This document shows positions 46,112-57,270 of a DNA stretch of 64,000 nt, piece after piece. A model generated the notes under the pieces. That model was given only the letters and a program-made list of their open reading frames with translations. It ran no database searches and was not told the DNA's origin. Origin of the DNA: Dictyostelium discoideum (Eukaryota); NCBI GenBank assembly GCA_000004695.1, contig CM000151.3:4032001-4096000 (forward strand), written 5' to 3'. Within the stretch, counting starts at the first letter, position 1; each line of letters starts with the position of its first letter. The translations under genes were made by a program, and so were the position numbers.

Positions 46112-48816
46112 TACAACAACAACAACAACAACAGCAACAAATACCAACAACACCAAATAAATTATCAAATTCAATTGCAATGAATTCATCAAATAGATTA
46201 ATGACACCAAAGAAAGAAAGATCATTTACAATTGGATTGGTTAGTGGTAAACATTCATGTGTTGTAGTTGAAACACCAAAATCAAAGAAATTATTTCAAC
46301 ATGAATCAGCTAAACAAATACTTTCAATTATTTCAATGAATTTCCCAAGTTTTGAAAAAGAATTTCAAATGCAAAATAGTGAAGTAATCTCTAATATAAT
46401 TGAACAAATTGGAAATGTTATAAAGAATTATCATGATGAAGTTAGTGAATCATCATCATCGTCATCATCATCAACTACATCACCAAATAATATTAATACA
46501 CCATCTGATTGTTCACCAATTTTAAATTCTGAAAATTCTAAAGATAGTCATAATTTATCATCAATTAATAATAGTTCATATGATCCAGTTTCACCAGCAC
46601 TTAGAAAAATGTATGAAAATGGATCATATGATAGTAAAGAACATTCTAGATCATCTATTCAATCAAAGATTACACGAAAATTAGGTACAATTAGAAAGAA
46701 AGGACCAAGTCCATTTAATATGTTATTAAATTCAAGTACAGGTTCATTAAGTAGTTTATATTTAGATCAATTGAATGGTGGTAATGGTGATTCATCATCG
46801 TCATCATCTTCATCATATAATTTAGTTGGTGGTAGTGGTATTAGTGGTTATGATAATCAAAATGAAATTGATGCAAGTGAACATTTGGTTAGTACATCAA
46901 GTTTGTTCACAGAGGAAGCTATTGAATTGGTTAGTAAATGTTTTGAAGCGTCAATCATTGTTAATCATTCAGGTGGTACAAGTAGTGAAATTAAAGCATT
47001 GTTTTCATCGACATTGGATCATTTGGAATCAATGTTACAATCATCGGTAAACTTTGGTAAGATTGACCCATCCTCTTTCTGTATGACTTTCTTAAAGAAT
47101 ATTAGACAACACATTCCAACCATGAAATCAAAAGGTGGTAAATGTGATCCAACATTGGTAACAGCGGCAACTAAATTATTTAGACATACAATTCTATCGA
47201 ATCTTGATAAATCAATTCACTCCCTGTGTCATAGTGTTAGGGTGTTGGCAATTCAAATGACAATCATTGTAATAAGCATCAGTGCTAAACCATGGGATAT
47301 AAGCTCACAATTGCAACTGTTTGCATCGGCAAAGAGTTTCATCGATTCATTGGTATCATTATTGGATGCAGTGGAGAATAAAATTTACATTTCAACCAAT
47401 ACCAACATTCAAGATGATGTCGAAGTACCAACTATCGATGATACAGAGGATACAAATATTTGGGAGGAGGCTGATAGTCCATTAACATTTGGTTGGATCT
47501 CTGATGAAGGTAGTAAAACAGGTCGTTACGTTCCAAAAGCTGGTACATTAAATAAATTAATTTCAGCATTAACTCAAGATAATAAACATGATATATCACG
47601 TTATACTAAAACGTTTTTACTCACCTATCAATCATTTACAAATCCTTGGAAATTAATGGAGAAATTGATTCAACGTTATAATGTACCTTTGGATGAGAAA
47701 CCAGATGTTAGAGCAACAACTCAATTACGTGTGGTTTCATTTATGCAAACTTGGATAGAAAGAAATTTCAATGATTTCGATGATCAACTAATTGGTCAAC
47801 TAAAAGAGTTTAGAACTCGTTTACTAATGGATAATAATAATGATTTAGCGGTTATTTTAGGTGGTTTAATTAAAAAGAAAGAGGCCGAACGTTCACTTTC
47901 AAAGGAAAGATCAACCAATCATTTAACTTTCCCAGAATTAATGATACCAGATGGTCAAAAATCACCAACTGCCCTCTTTTTACTATTAAATGAATCAGAG
48001 ATCGCTAGACAATTAACTCTTATAGATTTCAATATCTTTTCAAAGATTCAACCAACTGAACTATTGGATCAATCATGGAATAAGGATTCATTGAAATTTA
48101 AATCACCAAATGTTATAGAAATGATCAATAGGGCAAATAAATTCTCATTTTGGGTTTCTTCACAAATTCTTTGGCAAGAAGATATTGAAGAGCGTGTTAA
48201 AGTATTTGAAAAGTTCATTTTAATCTCAAAATATCTAAGAGAAATGAATAATTTCAATACTTTGTTAGCCATTTTCACAGGTTTAAATACTGCACCTATC
48301 CTAAGATTAAAGAAAACCTTTGCTTTGTTATCTCCAAATTCTTTATCGATTTATAATAGTTTGGAGAAATTAATGAATTCAAGTGGTTCTTATAAAAACT
48401 ACAGAAGTGTTTCAAAAAATCCACCATTACTTCCTTATTTACCTGTTATCCTTTCCGATCTAACTTTTATGGAAGATGGTAATCCCGATAAAATAAATAA
48501 TCTAATCAATTTCCAAAAGAGAGAACTCATTTGTAGAGTAATTTCAGAGGTTCAACAATGTCAACAACAAACAAAATATGAATTCCCTGTGGTTGAACCA
48601 ATTCATACTCTTCTCACTGAATTACCTTCTTCAACTCCTTCTGAATTATATCAACTCTCTTTAATTCGTGAACCAAGAGAAACTAATCAATCAAATGCAA
48701 ATAGTTCAATTTCTTCTGGTTCAAACTTTTTATCAAATTCTTCAAATCATAATATTGGTAATAATAATGGTTTTGATACTTTAAAAAAATATTATAAGAG
48801 TAGTAATAATAATTAA
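43525..48816 (+). CDS. Ras guanine-nucleotide exchange factor (RasGEF-N plus CDC25-homology catalytic domain), about 1690 aa; 2 exons
   Basis: Exon 1 is 43525-43830 and has a GTATGT donor. Exon 2 is 43957-48816 and has an ATTTAG acceptor, in phase. The C-terminal part carries a RasGEF N-terminal motif (GTLNKLISALTQDNKHDISRYTKTFLLTYQSFTNPWKLMEKL) and a catalytic domain (ARQLTLIDFNIFSKIQPTELL..FNTLLAIFTGLNTAPILRLKKTF..LPYLPVILSDLTFMEDGNPD). The rest is long poly-Q/poly-N/Ser-Thr low complexity. Confidence 0.85.
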
Positions 48817-48862
48817 TTATTAAAAAAAAAAAAAAAAACTAAACAATTGTACACAACCTTTA

Positions 48863-48901
<39 letters not shown>

Positions 48902-49768
48902 AAACTATTTATTTAACAAAAAAAAAAAAAAAAAAAAAAAAAAATCAATTTATTCGTTTATTATTTCTTTTTTATAATTCTGGATTATTTTCATTTTATT
49001 TTATTTTTTTTAAAAACCCAAAAATTCCAAACTGGAAAATATGAGAATGGGAAATTAAGATGTTTATGATTTATTCATATTGAAGTTTAAGATGAACCTT
49101 TTGATTATTAAACAATCTATTTAAATTAAGAGCAAAAAAATAAAAATTACATTGTAAATATTATAAAAAAAAATAATATTTTGGAAAAAAAGAGAAAATT
49201 ACATTTAAATAAAAAATGAAAAAATTATAAATCTTAATTTTTATTACCACACACCATTGTTTTACTAAAAAAAAATAAAAAATTCTTATTATAATAAATA
49301 TTGTAAAAAAAAAAAAATAATAAATAAAAGTTTTATAAAATGTTTAATCAAAATATTCTAATGAAAAAAAAATAAGTAATAATAAAATTAATAAAACAAT
49401 TAATAATCATTTTATTTTAAAACAAGCTCGTAAAAAAAGATCTTATTTTGTCGGTTTAATTCCGATTAGTTTTTTTTTTTATTTTATTTTTTTTTTTAAT
49501 TTTTTTTTTAATTTTTTTTTCAAACGAAAACTCTCAACAGTGTTTAAAAAAATAAAAATAAAAATAAAAATAAAAATTTTTAGATATAAAGTTCCAAAGA
49601 AAAAAGAAAATATCTTTTTTTTTTTTATTTTATTTTTTTTTTTATTTTTTTTATATTTTTTTAAAAAAAAAAAAAAAAAACCTATTCGTTTTTTCAGAAA
49701 AAAAAAAGAAAAAAAAAAGATACAAATAATTAAAATATAAATTAATTTATAAATATCTAAATAATGAA

Positions 49769-51274
49769 ATGAAAAGTTTAAGAAATTCATATAGTATATT
49801 GTTAAAAATAGTGATAATATCAACTTGTTTATTACTTTTAATAAATATTGCATTAATATATGAAGATCCAAACCTTATAGATTCAAATTGTAAAACGACA
49901 ACAACAATAACAAAAACTCAAAATAATAAAAATAATAAAGGTTTAGAAAACTTAAATAAAAGTAAAAAAAAGTTATTATTAATTTTAGATTATAAATTAT
50001 TTAATGAAGATACTTATATGAAATCGTTTAGTGAGTGTACATCAATAACAAATCAACCACAATGTGGATTTACAACGGATATTTCATTAGCTAATGAATC
50101 TGATGGTATTTTATATTTTATACCAAGAACTACTAAAAAGAATTATAATCGTAGTTATACAAGTGTTCATAGGACTTCAGAGAAACAATTATTCTTTGGT
50201 TGGTCAATGGAATCACCATCAATGTATCCACTTGAAAATGATGATACACATTTATCATTGAATTATAATGTCACGATTGGGTATCCATTAAATGATTATC
50301 AAAAATATGGTGCTGGTGTTAGTGATGAAGAATATGAAGAAAAAGATATCCAATCGTCACATATTTATACACCATACGGACCTGTGCCATTCAAAGGTTC
50401 AGATCATTATTCTTATTTATTTAAATTTGGTAAATTAAAAGAAATACCAAAGAAAAGGGACTCCAATATAATGTGGATGGCAGGTAATTGTAGGAATCAA
50501 AAATTAGGTAGAACTAAATTAGTTAAACAAATGATGCGATTCACCACCATCGATTCCTATGGTAAATGTTTACATAATAAAGATCTAAAAGTGAACTATG
50601 GTCCAAACGTTTTATTAAGGTCATTACAAAAACTCAAAATTTTAAGAAAATATGATTTCGTTGTTGCCATTGAAAATAGTAGATGTGAAGATTATGTAAC
50701 TGAAAAACTTTGGGAACCTCTAAGTGTTGGCACAATTCCAATTTATTTAGGCGCTACAAATATCGATGAATTCTTACCACACCCAGACGCCATAATCAAT
50801 ATTGCCAACTTTAATTCAATCAATCATTTAATGAAATATGTTAGAGATGTTGGTCTAAATGAAACTTTAAGAGAGAAACATTTGGCATGGATAAAAAAAC
50901 CTTTACCAAAGAAATTTAAAAATCTATTAAATCAATCTTTAAATAATCAAAATTTATTTTGTTCAATTTGTAAGAAATTAGTAAATTTAGATAATAATGA
51001 TAATATAAACTATACACCATTATCTAAACCTTTTAAACAATGTATTGAAGGTAAATTCACTTTACCAATTTATACTGAAGAGGAAAAAGAAAGAGGTAGA
51101 CTTTTAAGATTACAAAAACAACAAGAACAAGAGAAATTAGAACTACAAAATAATAATGATAATTATACCAATGATAATGAAGAAGAAGAAGAAGAAGAAG
51201 ATAATGATAGTGGTAATGATAGTGGTAATGATAGTGGTAATGATAGTGGTAATAATGATAGTAATAGTATATAA
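49769..51274 (+). CDS. Alpha-1,3-fucosyltransferase (glycosyltransferase family 10), type II membrane protein, 501 aa
   Basis: An N-terminal signal anchor is followed by the GT10 motif YDFVVAIENSRCEDYVTEKLWEPLSVGTIPIYLG, which parallels FucT YKFYLAFENS..DYITEK. The C-terminal tail is acidic with a (DSGN)n repeat. Confidence 0.75.
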   Translation: MKSLRNSYSILLKIVIISTCLLLLINIALIYEDPNLIDSNCKTTTTITKTQNNKNNKGLENLNKSKKKLLLILDYKLFNEDTYMKSFSECTSITNQPQCGFTTDISLANESDGILYFIPRTTKKNYNRSYTSVHRTSEKQLFFGWSMESPSMYPLENDDTHLSLNYNVTIGYPLNDYQKYGAGVSDEEYEEKDIQSSHIYTPYGPVPFKGSDHYSYLFKFGKLKEIPKKRDSNIMWMAGNCRNQKLGRTKLVKQMMRFTTIDSYGKCLHNKDLKVNYGPNVLLRSLQKLKILRKYDFVVAIENSRCEDYVTEKLWEPLSVGTIPIYLGATNIDEFLPHPDAIINIANFNSINHLMKYVRDVGLNETLREKHLAWIKKPLPKKFKNLLNQSLNNQNLFCSICKKLVNLDNNDNINYTPLSKPFKQCIEGKFTLPIYTEEEKERGRLLRLQKQQEQEKLELQNNNDNYTNDNEEEEEEEDNDSGNDSGNDSGNDSGNNDSNSI

Positions 51275-51662
51275 TATTAATTTATTATAAATTGTAATAA
51301 AAATAAAATAAAATCCTTTTAAAATCATTTAAATAATTATCTACTTTTTTAATTTTTATTCATAAATATTTAATACTTTTAATTTTTTTCTTTTGATCCA
51401 TGTGTCTGGAAAATATGAGATGCTTTACCAATTGATGCAGGTTTGATTCAAGTATTTGATCCCTCATTATATGACAAACTTGTTGATTAGAATCAACTGG
51501 CAAATACCATCTACAATATTAAAAAATTGATTAATCATCAGTTAATTTTTCCTTATTGACCACCCAATACTTCAATATTTATAAAATAAAAAATTAATAT
51601 TATGTAAAAATGTTAAAAATAATATAATTTTTATTTAATTTTTTAATAAATTCATTATTGAG

Positions 51663-51696
<34 letters not shown>

Positions 51697-52608
51697 ATGA
51701 TAATCAACCAACTTTTTTAACCCCGTTGCTGTCTCAAAATTTTATTACCAAAATTGGATTTTTTTTTTTTTTTTTTTAAAATAATGGAATTTTTATTTTT
51801 ATTTTTTATTTATTAATTTTTATTTTGTGGATCTATTAATTAAGAAATTATTTTTTTATATTTCCCATTGAACATGATCAGAATTTATTTTATAATGAGG
51901 CTACTCAATATTAAAATACTTTTATACACACAAAACAATCCACAAAAAAAATAAAAAATGAAACCGAACCTTTAATTATTTAATTTATTGAAACCATGTT
52001 TAAGTCGGAAAAGGACTGAAAAACTCGGTAATTATAGAGATGGTGAGCAAACTCATCATTGATGGTGATTCAAGTCTTAATAGTCCTTTCTTTAATTTGT
52101 CAATCTCATTTCAAATTAAAGAAATTCCCTTTTGAATAGGCGGAGTAGCATGTCAAACGATCCAACACCTAATAAACACAAAGAAATACTTTTTTTAAAA
52201 CATTTTGAAATACTGGATATTAAAAAAAAAAAAAACAAAAACATTTTAAAAAACAATAAAAAAGTATCATTTAAAAAATAAAACCCAAGGAAATTCTTTT
52301 AATTGGTCTTAAAAAACTCCACGTGAATAGTAAATTATTGTTTTTTTTTATATTTATATATTTATTTATTTTTTTATTTTTTAATATATATTTTTAATTT
52401 TTATTTTTCATTTTTTTTAATGATTTAAAATGTTTATTAAATTTTGAAAAAGATAGGAAGATGGTTTTTTTCTTTTTTTTTTTCTTTTTTTTTTTTAAGA
52501 TATTATTAAATCATTTGCTAGATCTTGGTTTGGATATTTAACAATAATAGGAAACTTATGATGAATAGAAAATTGCTAATAAAAAATTTGAAAATAATTA
52601 CAATGGAC

Positions 52609-52652
52609 AGTTGACAGGGTTTTTAATCTGTGATATTTGCTGTAAGGTCAAC
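52609..52652 (-). ncRNA. Candidate dictyostelid Class I ncRNA gene of about 44 nt
   Basis: The minus strand reads GTTGAC-CTTACAGCAA-ATATCACAGATTAAAAACCCT-GTCAAC. The 5' GTTGAC and 3' GTCAAC form the terminal stem, and CCTTACAGCAA is the conserved 11-nt Class I motif lying directly 3' of the 5' stem half. A DUSE-like box CCCACAA lies on the same strand at 52712-52718, about 60 nt upstream. Confidence 0.55.
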
Positions 52653-52711
52653 TTATTATTTACATATACTTTTAATTTTAAAAAAGTGTTTATTTTGAAA
52701 TAAATTGAACT

Positions 52712-52718
52712 TTGTGGG
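52712..52718 (-). promoter_or_regulatory. DUSE-like upstream element (ATCCCACAAAG) about 60 nt 5' of the candidate Class I RNA
   Basis: The minus strand reads atCCCACAAag. As I recall it, the DUSE consensus is [AT]CCCA[CT]AA, positioned near -60 of Dictyostelium ncRNA genes. Confidence 0.45.
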
Positions 52719-52929
52719 ATAATCATAAAAAAAAAAAATAACAACATTTCAAATTACCAAAAAAAAAAAAATATAAAATTTAAATTAAAATAAAATAAAT
52801 AAATTATTTATTTTTTATTTTAATTTTTTTTGAAAATCAGAATTATTTATTTTGAAACTATTATTATTTTTCATTGTTTAAAAAAAAAAAAAATTATATA
52901 TTTAATTAAGTAAAATGAAAAATATTTAC

Positions 52930-52972
52930 AGTTGACAAAGGTTTAACTTAGAAGGTTTGCTTTAAGATCAAC
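52930..52972 (-). ncRNA. Second, degenerate Class I-like ncRNA candidate
   Basis: The minus strand reads GTTGAT-CTTAAAGCAAA-CCTTCTAAGTTAAACCTTT-GTCAAC. The stem has one G-U pair and the 11-nt motif has one mismatch (CTTAAAGCAA against CTTACAGCAA). A CCCAACC box lies about 89 nt upstream at 53058-53064. Confidence 0.35.
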
Positions 52973-53256
52973 TTTTTAACAATTAATTTTTTTCAAATTT
53001 TTTTTTGAAATTTTTTAAATAAAAAAACTTTTCATTATATTTAACAACAAATTTAAGGTTGGGATCTTAAAATAATAATGATAATAATAAATAAAGCTAT
53101 ACAATAAATTGGGGGGTGGTATAATAACTCAAAAAAATAATAATTTGCGTATATTTATTATTTTATAATAATTTAAAAAAATGAAATAAATAATAATTAT
53201 TTAATTGGGTGGTAAAAATAAAAATAAAAATAAATATATAAATATAATATTATTAT

Positions 53257-53293
<37 letters not shown>

Positions 53294-53598
53294 CTAAAAT
53301 AGATGTAAATTACAATTTAATAATTGTGTGGTGGTTAGATTAATGCAAGAATACATTTTTATTTGTCATCTACCATATTTATTATTATTATAATACAATA
53401 CTAATAATTAGTATATTTTTTAATTCAATTTTGATTCAAATTACTTCAATTTATTTTTTATTTTTTTTTTTTTTTTTTTAAAAGAGTATAAATTAGATTA
53501 AAAAAAAAAAAAAAAAAAACAAAACTAATTTTTCATTTTCATTACACAAACATTTATTTTTAAAATTTTTTTTAATATATAATTAATATAATCATAAA

Positions 53599-54167
53599 AT
53601 GGCAGGAGTATGTTTGTGAAAAAAAAATAATAAATAAAAAAAAATAAAAAATTAATAAAAACTAACTAATAGTATTTTTTTATAAATTTTATAAGCCATG
53701 GACTATTGAACCAGGAAAAAATCACGGTGGTATCCCAACTTGGTAATAATTTTTTTTTAGAATTGTCCTTTTTTCCTGTTAATTTACAATTATTATTACT
53801 TTTTTCTAAACTTTTTTTTTTTTTTTTTTTTTTATTAATAGGGCATGGCCAAGATCAACAACAGTACATGTACAAGTTGTAGGAGGTGGAAGAGGAAGAG
53901 TTCGTATGCAAGCTGGGTATGACTTTTTTAATTTGCAAAAAAAAAAAAAAAAAAAAAAATCACCCCCCCTTTGTTTCGCACTTTAAAACTAACATTCTAA
54001 TTATTTTTTTCATTTTATATTATTTTTTTTTATTCTGGAAATAAAGTGCATCACCAGATGAAGATAATGATGTTAATGGAGAAACTTCCTTTAGTAGAAG
54101 TTTTGGTGGTTCCAGATTGAATGTTACCAACATTGGTAGTAGAACATTAAAAGTTTGGACAGCATAA
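53599..54167 (+). CDS. Unannotated small 4-exon gene encoding an approximately 83-aa Gly/Arg-rich protein of unknown function
   Basis: Exon 1 is 53599-53607 (ATGGCAGGA followed by GTATGT). Exon 2 is 53695-53741 (PWTIEPGKNHGGIPTW). Exon 3 is 53842-53916 (AWPRSTTVHVQVVGGGRGRVRMQAG). Exon 4 is 54047-54164 (GASPDEDNDVNGETSFSRSFGGSRLNVTNIGSRTLKVWTA), with the stop at 54165-54167. Donors are GTATGT, GTAATA and GTATGA, acceptors are TAAG, AATAG and AAAG, and all phases close. The exons are GC-enriched islands in poly-A/T sequence. Confidence 0.45.
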
Positions 54168-54769
54168 ATTTAATCTCAAATTTATAATTTTTTATAGATT
54201 ATTAATTAAACAAATAAATTAATAATAATAATTCACACATTATGACCCACATCAATTAATTAATTCTTTTGATAGAATAAAAAATAAAATAAAAAAATAA
54301 AAAATTTTTAACCACACACTCACACACAAAATTAAAAAAATGTTGTTTTAATTTATTGTTTTTTTTTTTATTTTTAATCAGAAATATTTGACCAAAGGGT
54401 GACTCTTTTATCGAAACTACAAGAAGTTAATAAAAGGTTATCAGGTGTGGGATAATAAAAAATTATTTATTTTCAAGTATTTCAAAAAAATTAAAAATAA
54501 AAAAATAAGTTTTTTTTTATATCCAATAATGGAAATTTTATTTTATTTTATTTTATTTTGTTTTGTTTTGTTTTGTTTTGTTTTGTTTTTATTTTTATTT
54601 GTATTAATTCACTCTGTAAAAAAAAAAAAAAAATAAAAACATTAAAATATTATTTCAAAAAAATAAAAGTTTTAGTTATCTTTAAATTAATCACAATTGG
54701 GTCTAGTAATAGTATATAAAATTGTAAATATTAAAAAAATAATAAAATAAAATTGTAATTTTAAAAAAA

Positions 54770-54816
<47 letters not shown>

Positions 54817-54834
54817 GGAATTATTTCTTTTTTA

Positions 54835-55964
54835 TTATTGATTATTATTATTATTATTATTATTGTTAACTATTTTGTTCCCAATATTTTTTATAAATAA
54901 TTTCCATTTTAATTAATTTATTTGAAATTTCAATTGATTGATTAATTGCTATAAAAAAAATGAAAAAAAAAAAAAAAATGAAAAATTAATATTTTTCTTT
55001 TTTTGATTATTATTTTTTTAAAATTAATAAAATTATTTACCTTGTTTAAAATAAGATTGAGATTGTTTTAAAGAAGTTGGAGTTGAAATACCAAACCAAT
55101 ATATTGGATCTTTTCTTATAATTTTTTTATTTGCTTTTAATTTCTTTTTTTGTTGTTGTTTTTTCACTTTTTCTTGAAATATTTTTTGTTTTTCCTCTTC
55201 AGTTAAGTTTGGATTATTTTCAAAACTATTATCATTATCTTCATCCTCTTCATCTGTATCTGATTCGTCATCATCGTCATCATCACTTGAATTATCATTA
55301 GTTGAACAATTATTTAATAATGATTCTAATGAACCCATTGTGGTAACTCCATTTGATGAGGTTTTAATAATTGGTTCTTTTGAATTTACATTTCTTCTTC
55401 TAGTTGTTGTTGTCGTTGATGATGATTGTTCTTTACTATTTTTATTATTACCTATGCTGCTATCATTATTTGATTTTGCCTGTTTATTGTTGTCATTATA
55501 TTGTATAGATAAAAAAGTATCATCTTTTGTGTCATAACTATATTTACAATCTTCTCTATATATGTATATATTTATGTTTAAATGTTGTAAAAATTATATA
55601 TATTAATAAATAAGGAAAAATACCAAACTAAAATCATATATGTCTAAAAATGTACATTTTCACATTAAACAATGGTTTCATATTTTCTGGATATTGTAAT
55701 TCACCTAATGATTTTTGACCCATTGAGTATTTAGATTTGCTTATTAGAAAATAACCCTATATATATGTATTTTTTTTTTTTTTTGTAGATGTTAGTATTA
55801 CGGAATTATTAATTCAAAAAAAAAAAAAAAAAAAAAAAGTGATAAATTTATATATTTACATTTTTTAAGTTTTCATTAAATTGGTCTCTTAATATTGTTA
55901 ATTGTTCATATTCATTTAAATATTCAATAATTAACTCTTCATTTCCATCTTTGTTACTAACCAT
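54835..55964 (-). CDS. Vma22 / CCDC115-like V-ATPase assembly factor; 4 exons; the ORF track shows only fragments
   Basis: Exon 1 (55860-55964) reads MVSNKDGNEELIIEYLNEYEQLTILRDQFNENLKN, a coiled coil. Exon 2 (55656-55756) reads GYFLISKSKYSMGQKSLGELQYPENMKPLFNVK and matches CCDC115 [28 protein letters not shown]. Exon 3 (55041-55537) contains an acidic/Ser/Asn-rich insert and ends DPIYWFGISTPTSLKQSQSYFKQ, which parallels CCDC115 [23 protein letters not shown]. Exon 4 (54838-54947) reads AINQSIEISNKLIKMELF..N8Q, with the stop at 54835-54837. The donors are GTAAAT, GTACAT and GTAAAT. Confidence 0.6.
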
Positions 55965-56246
55965 TTTCAAAAAAAAAAAAATAAAAAAATAAAAAAAAAA
56001 AGGTTTATATGTATACAAATAAAATTTTAAATTAAAATAAAAAAAATAAAAAAAAAAAAAAAAAAAATTTTTACTTTTTTTCAATTTAATTTTATTTTAT
56101 TTTGTTTTAAACACACAAAACCACTTTTTTTTAATGAAAAACCAGGGAATAAAAAGTTTTTTTTTTTTTTTTTTTAAATTAATAAATTTTTTCAGATTCA
56201 AAAACAAAAATACAAGTTAAAAATAAATAAATAAATAAATAAATGA

Positions 56247-56869
56247 ATGAATGTCGACGATATATATGCTGATATTATAATTGAAAGTGAAAATGATCAA
56301 GAAAATGATATGAAACAATCTGATGAAAATTCACAATCACCAACATTAAAAGAAGATCATCATAATAAAATTAAAGAGTTTGAAGAAATTATAGAAAATA
56401 ATCTCAAAGAGATTTCAAACCTCAAAAAAGAAATTGAATCAAAAGATAATGAAATTGAAACTCTATCTAAACAAGTAAGTAAAATTAAATATAATTTCAG
56501 TTATATATTTATATAATAGAAAAATAAAAAAATAAAAAAAATAAAACTAAAAACAAAACATAATATTAATTTATTTTATTTTTTTTTATTTTATTTTAAA
56601 AAAAAATAATAAATAAAAAATTAAACAATTGTTGAAAATAAAAAATAAAATTTTAAAAAAAAAAAAAAAGATGACATTCCAAAAAAGTAAATGAAATATT
56701 ATTAAAAAACATTTCATGCTTGTTTAAGACATCATTATTAGAAATACAAAGAAAAGAAAAGGAAATAAATAGTTTAAGAGATGAATTATCAAATAGTAAT
56801 AAAAAAGTTCAATCGTCTAACCCTGCAAATAACCGTCAACACATAAATTATGAAATGCCTAAAAAATAA
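56247..56869 (+). CDS. Small coiled-coil protein of about 122 aa; 2 exons; function unknown
   Basis: Exon 1 (56247-56474) reads MNVDDIYADIII..KEISNLKKEIESKDNEIETLSKQ and is followed by a GTAAGT donor. Exon 2 (56729-56866) reads TSLLEIQRKEKEINSLRDELSNSNKKVQSSNPANNRQHINYEMPKK, with the stop at 56867-56869. The heptad pattern is coiled-coil-like. Confidence 0.4.
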
Positions 56870-57161
56870 AATAAAATAGATCAAATTACAAAAAAAAAAA
56901 AAAAAAAAAAAAAAAATTTAATAAAAATAAAAAAATAGTTTTTTTTTTTTGATTTAGATATTTTCAATCATTGTTAAATTGATTTTACGGGGTTATTTTT
57001 TCACGGGTTTAAAAAAAAACAACTTTCATAGGGGAATCAATAAAAAAAAAAAAAAAAAATTTTTATTTTAAATTTTAATTTTATTAATTTTTTTTTTTTT
57101 TTTTTTTTGAACACACATTTTTATTTTTATTTTATTTTATTTTTTTTTTTTAATTTTTTTT

Positions 57162-57195
<34 letters not shown>

Positions 57196-57270
57196 GGTTT
57201 AATATTTAATAATATCAAGTTTACATTTTATTCCTTTTTTTTATACACTCTCAACCTATTCAAATATAAT

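Noticed and set aside
44030-46225. Multiple minus-strand and alternate-frame ORFs inside the RasGEF gene (44030-44494, 44325-44840, 45474-45749, 45593-45871, 45932-46225, among others)
   Set aside because: They are frame shadows of CAA/AAC/AAT repeat tracts within a single long plus-strand CDS that has clear RasGEF domains.
52000-52210. Looked for a tRNA gene in the GC-normal island, on the basis that TRE retrotransposons target tRNA-proximal sites in Dictyostelium
   Set aside because: I could not find A-box/B-box (GTGGNNTAGNGG and GGTTCGAATCC) matches or a foldable cloverleaf. It is left as an unexplained island.
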